Source of the DNA: Mobula birostris
Lineage: Eukaryota
Reading direction: 5' to 3'
DNA length: 64,000 bases
Assembly (NCBI RefSeq): GCF_030028105.1
Contig: NC_092377.1
Coordinates: 96,726,865 to 96,790,864, forward strand
Below the pieces are notes generated by a model that worked only from the letters and a program-made list of their open reading frames with translations, did no database searches and was not told the origin of the DNA. The position numbers and the translations under genes were made by a program. Shown one piece after another: positions 11,620 to 23,385 of this stretch (its first letter is position 1; every line of letters starts with the position of its first letter).

Positions 11620-14600
11620 CATTGAGGGGATGGCCTGGTGTATCTGGGGGGCAGGGGGGAGAGACACATTCCCAGTAATATATCAAGGAACATCCTAAAG
11701 CAAAGAACCTTATTCCTGAAGGCCTAGTGGGGCCAAGCTCCAGTGTATTGCTACGGATAGAGGGTATTTATGCTAGAGCCATACTTGACACAGGGTCACT
11801 GGTCACTGTGCTGTACCATTCATTTTACAACCAGTATTTGATGCATTTACCGTTGACGCCATTTAGTGCACTGGAGATCTAGGGAACTGGGGTCTTAATG
11901 CGGGTGACTATCCTTATGATGTTTATTTGTCATTGAAGCTGGAGTTCTCGGACGCCGATGTGGGAGTGGCTGAGATCCTGGACGCATTAGTGCTGGTTTA
12001 TCTGGATCCCATTGAGACAGGCAGCATTTCAATTCATGTGGGGACCAACACTCCTCTTGTGAGGAGGCTCATGGGGGCCTGCAAGGAGAAAGCTGGAGAG
12101 AGCTTTCTGGGAACATTGTCCATGCACCCGGTGTTTCGAGCTGCTTTTGAGGAAGTGCGTGGCTGCATTGGGCCGGATACCGAATTTAAACGAGGAACTG
12201 TGTGGTTCACCCAGTACAAGCTAATCGTGTTACCGCCCGGGGAAGTAGCGAGAGTAATGGGAAACCCCAAATTCCCGGAGTGCCTGAGGGTGAGGCCCTC
12301 TTAGTGGATGCTCCGGAAGACCACGAGGGGGAGTCGGGATTTCCTGGTGAGGCCCGAACTGCAGAAGCCCTCGGTTGTACAGGCCAGCAGGTTTGCAGTG
12401 ATTGTCAGGAACACTATGAAGAGGGAGGCCACCTTCAAGCGGGGGATGCCCCTGGTGCATCTGTTCCCGGTGACGGTAATGTCAAGTGCCCCTGTGAGAC
12501 AAGCCAGGGAGAAACTATTGGAAAAGGGGGAAATGTTGACCGCTGAGTCATTCAACTTCAGGGACTCCCCGGTTCCTGCAGGTTGGAAGAGGAGGTTGGT
12601 AGAGAAGATGTTGAAGCTGGAAGATGTCTTTTCCATTGGCGAGTTTGATGTGAGTTGTTCCAAGAGCACTCGTCACAGTATCCGGGTGACCGAGGACACC
12701 CTGTTTAGAGAGAGGTTGCAGCGACTGGCCCCTGCAGACGTGGAAGACATACGGCAGCATTTGTTGAAGTTGAAGGAAGCTAGAATCATCACCGAGTCCC
12801 GAAGCCCCTATGCATCCCCAGTGGTAGTGGCCCAAAAGAAGAATGTGAAGGTACGGATGTGTGTGGACTATAGGACTCTGAACAGGTGCACCGTCCCTGA
12901 CCAGTACACGGTCCCGAGGATTGAAGACGTGATGGCATGTCTGAGTGAGGTGAAGTGGTTCAGTGTGCTGGACTTGAGGAGTGGATATTACCAGATCCCC
13001 ATGAGTGAGGCTGACAAAGAGAAGATGGCATTTATATGTCCCCTGGGATTTTTCCAGTTTGAAAGGATGCCCCAGGGCATCTCGGGAGCCCCTGCAACCT
13101 TCCAGCAGGTCATGGAGAGGACAGTGGGGGATATGAACTTGCTTGAGGTATTGGTGTATCTGGATGACCTCATAGAGTTTGGATCCACTTTGGAGGAACA
13201 TGAAACGAGGCTACTGAAGGTGCTGGGTTGCCTGAAAGCTGAAGGGTTAAAACTTTCCCTGGACAAGTGCCAGTTCTGCAAGATGTCTGTCAGCTATGTT
13301 GGGCACGTAGTCTCACGAAAAGGAGTAGCTATGGATCCGGCTAAGACAGAAGCAGTGACCACCTGGCCAAGGCCCCAGACTGTGAGTGCTTTGCATTCAT
13401 TCTTTGGGTTCTGTGGTTACTATCGGAGGTTCGTGAAGGACTGCGCCAAAGTGAGTCACCGCTTGAATCAGCTTCTGTGCGGTTACCCTCCCTTGGGGAA
13501 GAAAGGGAGGACAAAAGGAGAGGAGGATAAACAGTATCTTAGCCCTTTGGAGCCTTTTGGACTGAGGTGGGATGTGAATTGTGAAGATGCTTTTCAGTCG
13601 CTGAAGGAGCTGCTGACACAGGCGCCTGTGCTGGCTTTTACAGAGCCCCAGTTGCCATATGTATGCATACTGATGCCAGCCGAGAGGGCTTAGGGGGCAT
13701 CCTGTATCAGAATCAGGGCACCGAGTTGAGACCTGTTGGTTTGTCAGCTGGAGTCTGTCGCCCTCTGAGAAAAACTATCCCACGCACAAGCTGGAGTTTC
13801 TGACATTGAAATGAGCTGTGGTGGATAAGCTGAGTGACTACCTCAATGGTGTCAAGTTTGAGGTGAGGATGGACAACAACCCCCTAACTTGTATACTGAC
13901 CTCGGTGAAACTGGATGCCACAGGCTATCGATGGTTGGAGGCGTTGTCTGCCTATGATTTCAGCCTGAAGTACTGGCTGGGAAGTAGGAACACTGATGCT
14001 GATGTTTTGTCCCGACGTGTGCACTAAGGGCTGGACAGGGACAAAGAGTGGGAGAGCACCCCTGCCCCGGGGGTGAACGCCATGTGTCAGCTTGCCATCG
14101 CAGTGAAGGCAGATGGAAAGCAAGGGCAGGATCGAGTGGTAGATCAATTGGGAGTTTTTGATGACACCATTCCACAAGTTTACTGTAACCTGACCGCTCT
14201 GAAGACAAACCAGTTACTGGAATTGAGTTCTGGGGAACTGGCAACTGCTCAGTGAGATGACCCGGGCATCAGTATCATTTGGCCAGCGGTCAAAAAGCAG
14301 AGAAGACGAAACACACTGCGGTGCCTCTATTACTGAGAGAATGGCCCAAATTGGAGTTGAGGAACCAGATCCTAAACGGGGTCACGTCACCTCAGGACTG
14401 GCATCGGTGTTCCCAGCTGGTTCTGCCTGAGAAGTATCAGAGGATTGTGTCAAAGTCACTTCATGATGATTCTGGACATTTGCAGGTTGACAAGACCTAT
14501 GGATTGCTCAGAGATTGGTTCTACTGGCCCCGAATGAAACCAGAGGTCAAAGAATACTACAAGTCGTGCATTCAATTGGGCAGCTCCCTTGTCCAACTTG

Positions 14601-15651
14601 CAGAGTGCGGGTCCCCTGAACTTGGTGTGTATGGATTTCCTGTGAATAGAGCCAGATGCCAGCAACATGGCGAATGTCATAGTCATCACGGATCACTACT
14701 CTAGATATGCGCAGGCCTTACCGAGGACCAGAGGGCGTCCATGGTGGCCATAGTGTTATGGGAGAAGTATTTCATTTATTATGGCCCTCCCAGGCAGTTA
14801 CACAGTGATCAGGGACGGGATTTTGAGAGCAGACTCATCCATGAGTTACTGGGCATGCTTGGAGTCGAGAAGTCGAGGATATGCCCTATCACCCGCAGGG
14901 TGATCCCCAGCTCGAGAAGTTTAATCAGACCTTGCTAGACATGCTCAGAACCTTGGAGATCAGCAAGAAGAGCAGGTGGAGTCAATATATTGGACATCTG
15001 GTCCACAGTTACAACTGTACCCAAAATGAAGCTACCGGGTACTCGCCATACTACCTGATGTTCGGACACAAGGCAAGGTTGCCCATCGACCTTTGATTTA
15101 GGACTGGCGAGGAAGACCTACCACCGAAGACTCATCTGAAGTACGTGTCTGATATGAGAAGGGAGCTGAAAAATGCTTAAGAATTAGCTGAGGTCACACC
15201 TGCCCAGCAGAACCAAGGAAATAAGAGGAGGTATGATCAAAAGGTGAGGTTCTCCCAACTCATGCCAGGAGACAGTGTCCTCATAGGGAACTTGGGGCTA
15301 TCTGGAAAGCTTAAGTTGGCTGACCACTGGGCGGCTACGCCCTTTGTGGTGGAGAGTCAAATGCCAAATCTACCAGCTTTCAGGGTGAAACCAGAGGAGG
15401 GGAATGTGCCTGTCAAGATTCTCCATCGGAACCAGCTGCTGCCCCCAGGACAAGAGGTGCAGGTTGACCGTGACCCCGATCTGGAGCCTACACCTAGCAT
15501 GAGGACTCTGTGGCGACGCAGGGTGACTGCAGGATCAACAGCAGGAGAGATTAGGCCGGCCCCCACTCCTGAGTGGGATACTGATTCAGAGGATGAGGAA
15601 ATGGGGGTGTGGTATTTGCTGCCTTTTGCTAACTCCCCACGGATTCACTGA
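11620..15651 (+). pseudogene. Disrupted pol (protease, RT, RNase H, integrase)
   Basis: Protease AILDTGS (11778-11798). RT ORF 12308-13693 with SPYASPVVV, RMCVDYRTLN, LDLRSGYYQI, MPQGISGAPATFQ and YLDD. RNase H DNNPL. Integrase HDDSGH...FYWP...C and LHSDQGRDFES. Stops and frameshifts occur throughout. Confidence 0.93.
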
Positions 15652-16063
15652 TTGAAGAATAGATTCCCAACCCTTCTCCCACTGAGTTAGGTGAAATTGG
15701 GGATGGGGGGGCTATCTGTTGTCAGCCGGGGGTTCAACGGGACCCTGCAAGGGATGAAACGGGGCTTGGCCAAGGATAGAGAGGGGTCCAAGTTGCAGTA
15801 GGGCATGAGTGATAGACCGGGGGAGGCCTCACCAGGTAGACCAGAAGTATCCACGGTAGTATCAGAATTAGGTGAGGAGGTAAGGAGGTCTCAAAGAATC
15901 AGGAGACCACCAGATATTTAACACTATTTAACACTGGGGGAACAGAGTGTGGCCCCCACTGCTTTGGGGAGCTTTGTCATTGCCTTTTACACCTGGGTTG
16001 GACTTTGTGCTTTGCAGGAAGGGTTGGCAAATTATCTCAAAGTCATGCGGACATGACTAAATT

Positions 16064-16077
16064 AGGTGGGGGGAAAG
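16064..16077 (+). promoter_or_regulatory. Polypurine tract
   Basis: AGGTGGGGGGAAAG lies immediately before the TG of the 3' LTR. Confidence 0.85.
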
Positions 16078-16639
16078 TGTAACGCCCTGGGAAAAGTTTC
16101 ACTGCTAAGGTAATGGTGGTTCTGTAGCAGCAGTGTTTGGGTTATGACTTGAGATAACGGGGGCTTTGGAATGTGTGCCGTCAAATGAAGGGAGTCTTTT
16201 TTTCTTGTGTGCCTGAGAGTGAGTTGTTTGAAGTCTTTTGTTTGGCGGAAAATGGAGAGAGAAGATGCCAGAATGGAGAGGTCGTAGATGGCAGGATGGA
16301 GTGGACTTGGAATGGGGTTGGGAGTCGACAACACCCGGAGGAAATCGATGGAGAACTAATGGAGGGTAAAACTGTGAACTCCAACATGCACGTTAGACTG
16401 TTACATTAAAATTGGCTCTTTTGTCTTTTTATTTTCTTTACTGGCCCTATAGACAAATTAAGAATTATAAAGCTCAATTGTTTAATTGCATATGGTGTAC
16501 TGTTTGTTATTTCATGGTGCTGATTTGAAACAGGGTAACACATCACGCAGCATCCACACAAATGAGATTTCACAAGTTTGGCCAGGCAAGTGACTGTCTT
16601 CCTCAGAACTAACGCCGCTGGCCAGACCTAAGGGTTACA
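16078..16639 (+). repeat. 3' LTR (562 bp)
   Basis: It aligns to the 5' LTR, with 11 mismatches in the first 100 bp by hand count. Confidence 0.95.
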
Positions 16640-16945
16640 ACTGCCATCAGAGTCCTTTTATCCTTGCAGTTTCTTAACTCAACCCACAGGGTTCAACATC
16701 TTTCCAATGTCACATCTTTCTACTGATTTGATGCCATTCTTTACCAGTCTACACCACCCCCTCTGTCTACCTTCTTATCCCTCCAATATAACGTGTAACC
16801 TTGAACATTTAGCTCCCAACTACAACCATCCTTCAGCCACGATTCAGTGACGGCCACAACATCATAGCTAATAATCTGTAATAGTGCAAAAAGCTCATCC
16901 ACCTTAGTCCTTGTACTCCGTGCATCGAGATATAACACTTTCGGT

Positions 16946-17590
16946 GCATGGTTGAGATGAAGTTGGTGTCGGAGTCGGAGACAGAGTTAGAGTGAATGGA
17001 GTGTAGAAAAGTTGAAGCAGAGTTGTCTCGGAGCCTGTCCACCTAAACCGGGAGTGAGGTTGGATGCATCTCAGCACGCAGAGCATTCTGGCCCAGGGCA
17101 TATCACTGCTGTGTGGCCTGGGTTCGAGTGTGGGGGATGACCTGGTGTTTAAAACGCTGGGCCAGATAGACTGAAAAGGCAGAGTGCCGGGACTGGTGGT
17201 GAGGGTTGGGTCCAGTTCTGTGTAGCGATGTTTACTTCGATCTCCTCGGCATTGAGACTGTGCCCTGCTCTGGGCTTGGTTCCTGTGAGCTTCGCAGCGA
17301 TTTGCACCACTGTGTGATGAACTGAGACAGAGGCTAGGGTCTGCTCCAGCAGCTCTGGGCTTCAGATTTATGGACTCAGTTTCATTCTGAATGTTGTTGC
17401 TTGCTTTTATTGTTTGCATGATTTGTTTTTACTCTTTGCGCATTGAGTGTTGGGTGTTGGTCTTTGTCTTTCTTTGTTAAATTGGGTTCTTTGGGTTTCT
17501 TGCTTTGTGGCTGCCTGTAAGCAGACAAATCTCAAGGTTGTATAATTTATACATACTTTGATAATAAATTTACTTTGAATCTTTGAAACT
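16946..17590 (+). mobile_element. Non-autonomous retroelement with a Rex-like 3' tail
   Basis: It ends ...aatctcaaggttgtat...ttgataataaatttactttgaatctttgaa, the same tail type as ~4150-4215. Confidence 0.5.
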
Positions 17591-18279
17591 TTTCGTCTGG
17601 GTCAGTCATCGTAGGCTTGTGGGTTCAAGTTTATTGTCCTTCAACCACACACATGTATATAGCGAAATGAAACATCGTTCCGCTGGAGTCAAGGTGCAAA
17701 ATACTGTCCGTGTAGTCACACACAGCACATATGACACGATCCACTGCAGAAATAAATACCGAATTTGCATGGGTATTTCAGTGCAGCACTAAGGGAGTGC
17801 TACATAGATTTAGCTGCCAACGTTTGGCCAAGTTGTTGAATTAAAGCCCTGTCTGCTCTCACAGGTAGACACACACTTAAAGAACAAGTCAAGCAAGAAC
17901 ATCATCACCGATACCATCCACGCCTGGTGAATAATGTCTCCCTTTTGCATTTCAGGCCAAAGTTGAGAGGAATGAAGTGACTTGAGAGGCAGGTGTGGGC
18001 ACTGGTATGAAGAGAGGGTCCTCATCCTAATAGACTTTGGTGCAGACTAGGCCCACAGGATTTAGTTGGGCTGAAGGGCCTTTTACCATACTATATAACC
18101 CAGAGGAGGGGCAGGGCCTGTAGTAAGCAGCTGCCTTCTCTTCCCCTGATTGAACTGACTGTTCTCTATGTATGAAATCACACCAGTTTTCCAAATAGAA
18201 ATGGTGAACATGGCTCTGCCCAATGTCCACAGCTGGTTTCCAAAGGGAAGCACAAGTCCCAGTCCCACCACAAAGTCAG

Positions 18280-19785
18280 AAGGTGGATGGGAGAGAATGG
18301 GATGAAGGAGGAAGAGGTGTGGCACTTTGTAAGATAGAGGAGTGAAGTGTGGAGGCTTGGAAGATAGAGGAGGAAGGACGATGTGCAGATATTTTAAGAA
18401 TTGAGGAGAAAAGAGAGAGATGCAGGGGTTTGGAAGATGGAGGAGGGAGATGTGGAGGTTTGGAGATTGGAGGAGGACGACTTGGAGTTTTGGAGCACGG
18501 AAGATGATGTGAAAGTTTGGAGGATGGAGTAGTAAAGTTTTGGAGGTGTCATGTGTGATGCCAAGCAGAGCTGTAGGACGGATGATGCTAATGAGAGAGA
18601 TAACGGAAGACAATGGAGAAACATTCAAAATGCTAATAAGAGAGAAGAGAGAGATTAATGAGAAAGAAACACAATTCCGATGTTGGCGTTTGTGACAGGC
18701 CGTTTGCTTTGAACCTGAACTGTTTGAAGTTTGATGGACAGGTGATACCCCAGCAGGAGGATAAAAATAGCAGGTTAACTAAGGCACGGCACACAGGCCT
18801 CAAGACCCTGGAAAGAGTAGTGTGCCCCACAAGGTGGTGGGAGCTTGGAGGACTGGTTCACGAGAATCGGTCAGAGGCTCACAGGGTGTAAAGGTACGAT
18901 TGGTGGGAACCTGGTGTGTGTCCGTCCTTGCCTGGGTGCCGGGTTCACCACGGAAGAACGATCGCATCCGGAATGGAGGGGTCACAGTTGGTGACCACAG
19001 CTGGATCAGAAGGCATCGAAAAGGTTTGCCTGAAACCAACTGCATCTCTCACACTCTCTCTCTCTCTCTCACTCTCTCTCCAATGGTACAACAACAGTGA
19101 TTACTTCGAACTGCACTAGACTGAACTGAACTCTGCTTCACTTAAGACTGATCACTTTACCCCTAGACTGCAATAGAGCTTGGTTGATTCCTATTACCCT
19201 ATTTCTGTGTATATGTGTATACTATCATTGCTAACCTGTTACATTTATATCTTTGCGATTAGTGCACTGTATTTCTTCTTTAATAAAATTTTATTCGTTC
19301 CTAGTAATCACAGACTCCAACACATGTTCCATTTCTGCTGGTTTGGCAACCCAGTTATGGGGTACGTAACAGAGGACAGAGGAGGGAGATGTGGAGGCTT
19401 GATGGTTGGAGGTTTGGAGTGCGGAGTAGGAAGGTGTGGGGGGTTGGAGGAGGGGGATATAAAATTTTGCGGGATGGAGGAGGGTAGTTATAGAGGTTTA
19501 GACAATGAGGGAGGAGTTGTGGAGGTTTTCAGCATGGAGGACAGTGTATGGGAGTTTGGGGGATGGAGGAGAGAGATAGGGAAGCTTGAAGGAGAGAGGT
19601 GTGGAGTTGTGGGGGTTTGCAGGAAGGAGTACAGAATATGGGAGTTTGGGGAATGGAGGAGAGAGATAGGGGAGTTTGAAGCAGGGAGGTATGGAGGTTT
19701 GCATCATAGAGGAGGGAGAGGTGAAGGTTTGGAGAATGGTGGATGGAGATGTGATGATTTGGAGGATGAGGGAGGAGGTACTGAA
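18280..19785. repeat. GA-rich degenerate low-complexity satellite, interrupted by a solo LTR
   Basis: Recurrent tggaggtttggaggatggaggagggagatg-like units occur on both sides of 18547-19371. Confidence 0.7.
18547..19371 (+). mobile_element. Solo LTR (825 bp), a different family from the Gypsy LTRs
   Basis: Termini TGTCATGT...ACGTAACA form an imperfect inverted repeat. There is a 4-bp TSD GAGG (18543-18546 / 19372-19375) and AATAAA at 19282-19287. Confidence 0.75.
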
Positions 19786-20424
19786 TGAGAACACACTTTC
19801 ACTGTCTACATGGTTCGAAGGTGGCACCCTATGGACAGAAGACAGGGAAAGAATGTGGCTCCATGCTCAATGACAGGCTCCTGGCACCAGGTAGCCACCT
19901 CTCAGGACAGCTAGAAGAGCCTGCCAGTAGGAGGGAGGAGATACACAGGTATTACCCAGGCAGTCTGCGTCTGAGAAAGCTGAAGATGGGCATTGAGATA
20001 GTGCTGTCCAAACTGCCTGACCAAGTGTACACACTGAAGTTCACCCATAGTTCTGGATGGGAGAACCACAAAAGCATGATTTCCATCTTTGAGGAGATAC
20101 ACCAGTTCCACAGTGGGATCCACCAACACTCATGTTCCTCGGTGTATGAGGCTGTTTCCATGGTGACCTCTCTGTGGAGTCTCAGGCTGAACCCCATCTG
20201 TTATCTCTGAGGCAGGAGCCACAAGACAGAGATTATGCCACCCAGGAGCAGATCGTTGTCTCCAGAAAGACAAAGGCATCACTCAAGGGCAGATTGCTTT
20301 TCTACTGGTAAGGTGCTTGTAAGGTGCGTGAATACGTGAGAAGATATGCCTATTTGGTTTACCCAGCGTGAAGGCAGTGGGATCTCCTGTGTGATATGGG
20401 TCTCTCCCAATCCTCTACTTTCAG

Positions 20425-20552
20425 AAACACAAGAGATTCTGCAGATGCTGGAAATCTTGGGCAGCACACGCAAAATTCTGGAGGAACTCAACAAATCAAG
20501 CAGCATCTATGGGGAGGAGTAAGCAGTCAAGGGTTTGGGCTGAGACTCTGCA
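20425..20552 (-). mobile_element. Degenerate Penelope-type terminal-repeat fragment
   Basis: aagagattctgcagatgctggaaatc...ggaggaactca...cagcatctat... belongs to the same family as the hammerhead elements, but the core is decayed. Confidence 0.65.
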
Positions 20553-21019
20553 ACATGACTCCATCAGTTTGTCAGCATCCAGCTACCCCCCCAACCAATT
20601 CCCCCACCTTTGCCCCACAGCTAGCCATCCCAGCAGCTAAGCATGGCAGAAGGCAATTGGAAGCCAGACCTTCACAGTAAGAGCCAATCATGGGCATCCA
20701 CCCCTGCCAGCCACAAGTGGGAAGGCACTTTATCGTAGCAGACTTCAGCAAAGCCAAGCTGAACAGTGCTCACCGACAGAAGAAACAGATGCTGCGGATG
20801 TAACAGTCTGTTGTCTTTGCTCATTCAATAAGATCCAATAACACCCAGAGTACTAAGGGCCTGTATGTGGAGGAATTTGTGAAATATTTCCAGGAAAATT
20901 TCCAGAATCAATATATAGAGGGCTGTATTGGGAGGGTGCAATGATAGGCCTCCTCTTAAGGAACAAGGCAGAGCAAGTAAGTGGCCACCAGGGAGCACTT
21001 TGGCTCTCATAACTGTAAT

Positions 21020-21450
21020 TCAACTAGTTTTATGATAGTGATGGGAAAAGGTAGGCCTGGTCCACTGGTTAGGGTCCTAAAATGGAGCAGGGTTAATTTT
21101 GAGGGATCGAGCAATTGACTATAGGGTGAGCTTGTTTGAAAGGGAAGGAACAAAGGGCAATTGGGAGGCTTTCACAAATGTGAGTGTTCAGGAGCTGCAT
21201 GTTCCTGTTAGGCTGCAGGGCAAACTGGGCAAGTTTAGGGAATCCTGGCTGATGGGAGATATTGAGGTTCTGGTCAAAAAAAGGAAGCAAGCAAACATTG
21301 GATTCAGGAGGTCAGGACTGAGTTGATGACTACAGTAAGATTAAGAGTATTCTTGAGGGAAATCAGGAAGGCAAAGAAAGGGTATGAGCTGGATCTGGCA
21401 GGTAAGGTTATGGGAAATCCCAAAAGGTTCTATGGCTATATTAAGAGTAA
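21020..21450 (+). mobile_element. CR1 ORF2 fragment (linker between endonuclease and RT)
   Basis: Degenerate 'EIRKAKKGYE...NPKRFYGYIKSK' motif. Confidence 0.6.
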
Positions 21451-21451
21451 A

Positions 21452-21921
21452 AGAGAAATCGATGTTCATGCCATCAGGTTTTCTTGAACATCCGATAATG
21501 CTTTCCCCCCTTCACCATTCCCCATCTCCTTTTCCCTCTTCCATCTTATCTCCTTGCCAGCCCATCGCCACCCTCTGATGCTTCTCCCCCTTTTCTTTCT
21601 TCCATGGCCTTCTGTCCTCTCCTATCAGATTCCCACTTCTCCAGCCCTGTATCTCTTTCACCAGATCTTTCCTTCACCTCCCCCCTCCCAGTTTCACCCT
21701 GTGTTTCTCTCTCCACTCCCCCCACCTGTTAAATCTACTCATCCTTTTTTCTCCTGCCGAAGGGACTCAGTCCAAAGCGTCAACTGCACTTTTTTCCATA
21801 GATGCTGCCTGGCCTGCTGAGTTCCTCCAGCATTTTGTGAGTGTTGCTTGGATTTCTTGCATCAGCAAATTTTCTCTTGTTTATCTGTAGAAAAGAGTAC
21901 AGTCGATGTTTCGGGCCAAAA
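21452..21921 (+). mobile_element. Penelope-like 3' end / pLTR flanked by short inverted fragments
   Basis: 21452-21480 on the minus strand reads PDGMNIDFS. A plus-strand pLTR with a decayed hammerhead (ctgccga...caaagcgtc) runs to ~21882, followed by an inverted partial copy (cagtcgatgtttcgggcc). Confidence 0.7.
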
Positions 21922-22059
21922 CATCAACTCTATAAGATCAATGATGACTTGCTCTTTTGATAAATCTCTTAAAGATTCCTTTGCAGATAAAACACTTGCA
22001 GAATTGAACCTTTCCGACAGTGCACCTGATCCACATGCTACTACATTTGAGAAGTTATA

Positions 22060-22603
22060 TACTCAGTGGCCACTTCACTAGGTACCTCCTGTACCTAATA
22101 AAGTGGCCACTGAGTCTTTCTTCATGAATCTTCTGCTGCTGTAGCCCATCCACTTCAAGTTTCAACATGTGTGTTCAGAGATGCTCTTCTGCACGCCACT
22201 GTTCTAACACATGGTTATTTGGGTTACTGTCAACTTCCTGTTGGCTTGAGCCAGTCTGGCTATTCAGCTCTGACCTCTCTCATGAACAAGGCATTTTTGC
22301 CTGCCAATCTGCTGCTTGCTGTATTCTTTTATTGCACCATTCTCTGTAAACTCTAGAGACATGCATGAAATCAGCAGTTTCTGAGGTACTGTTGCCACCC
22401 TGTCTGGCACCAACTATCATTCCATGGTCAAAGCCAGACAGATCACATTTCTTACCCATTCTGATGTTTGGTCTGAACAACTACTGACAATGACTATGTC
22501 TGCATATTTTTATGCATTAAGTTGCTGCCATGTGATTGGCTGATTAGATACTTGCATTAACGAGCAGGTGTATAGGTGTACCTAATAAAGTGGCAAATGA
22601 GTG
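22060..22603. mobile_element. Tc1/mariner-type non-autonomous element (MITE)
   Basis: TA-flanked TIRs tactcagtggccacttcactaggtac / gtacctaataaagtggcaaatgagtg. An extra internal inverted TIR copy lies at ~22091-22115. Confidence 0.8.
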
Positions 22604-23124
22604 TATTTGCATCAGTGGCAAAACAAAGTCAAGACAAGGACTGCAAGCTCCCTCCAGGTCATGTGCATTGTGTGTAATGTTCTTGGCCATTTCAACAACT
22701 ATAGTCTGATTAAATGGTTGAAGGGAACTGGCGCCATCATGGGCTGATGCCAACTGAGAGAGAATGGCTGCAGTTGTGTGTGTGGTCAATTGACTCCACA
22801 CAGCTGGATGTGACATTGTTGTTCTGAAAAATTGATAAGGGATCCCTTCCAATTATTCCTGTGCAGTGACACAATGCTTCATGTGAGTTTCCTTCTCAAA
22901 TTCATCGCCTTTCTTCTCTGACAAGCTCTCTTCAGTACACTGCACAGAGGTGAAGAACAAGAACAAGAGAAGAATCAGCCATTTCAACTTCTCATATCTG
23001 TCCAATTATTCATTAAAATCATAGTTGATCATTAGCCTCAGCCCTATTTTCCTGATCTCAATCTTCCTACACTCTGAATCCCTTCACAAAGTCAGATCCA
23101 TCAGTCTTTGCCTTGACTGTGTCA

Positions 23125-23385
23125 GGGCAGCATGGTACCCTAGAGGTTAGCACAGCACTGTACAACACCAGCTGTAAGATTCCTGTCACTGTCTGTAAGG
23201 GATTTATACATTCTCCCCATGACTTGTGGATTTCCTCCAAGTGCTCTGGTTTCCTCCCACATTCCAATGATGTATAGGTTAGGGTTAATAAGTTGGCGCC
23301 AGGTGTGGGCTACCCCTAACACAATCCTCCCTTATCTGATTTGATACAGACAACATGCTTCACTGTATGTTGCAACATACAAAGT
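23125..23385 (+). mobile_element. tRNA-derived V-SINE (HE1-like)
   Basis: An A-box-like head (gcatggtaccctagaggttagc) and the V-domain ttctccccatgacttgtggatttcctccaagtgctctggtttcctcccaca. Confidence 0.75.

Larger units (their letters stand above)
9661..16639 (+). mobile_element. Full-length, decayed Ty3/Gypsy LTR retrotransposon
   Basis: Two LTRs, TGTAACGCCC...GGGTTACA (9661-10220 and 16078-16639), a 4-bp TSD ACTG (9657-9660 / 16640-16643), PBS, PPT and gag-PR-RT-RNaseH-IN domain order. Confidence 0.97.
7160..16945 (-). mobile_element. Near full-length CR1 LINE ORF2 (endonuclease + RT, frameshifted), split by the Gypsy insertion at 9661-16639
   Basis: Minus-strand motifs: LYLDARSTRTKVDEL / VAVTESWL (16741-16938); WVELRNCKDKRTLMA|VIYRPP...MGDFN across the insertion; KSPGPDELHPRVLKE; WKIANVTPLFKK; QGLVLGPLLFMLYINDL; AKFAGD; TRGHSLRI. 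The 3' tail lies at ~7160. Confidence 0.92.

Noticed and set aside
12308-13693. 461-aa ORF as a domesticated gene
   Set aside because: It is the RT portion of a frameshifted Gypsy pol between two LTRs, with no proper start context.
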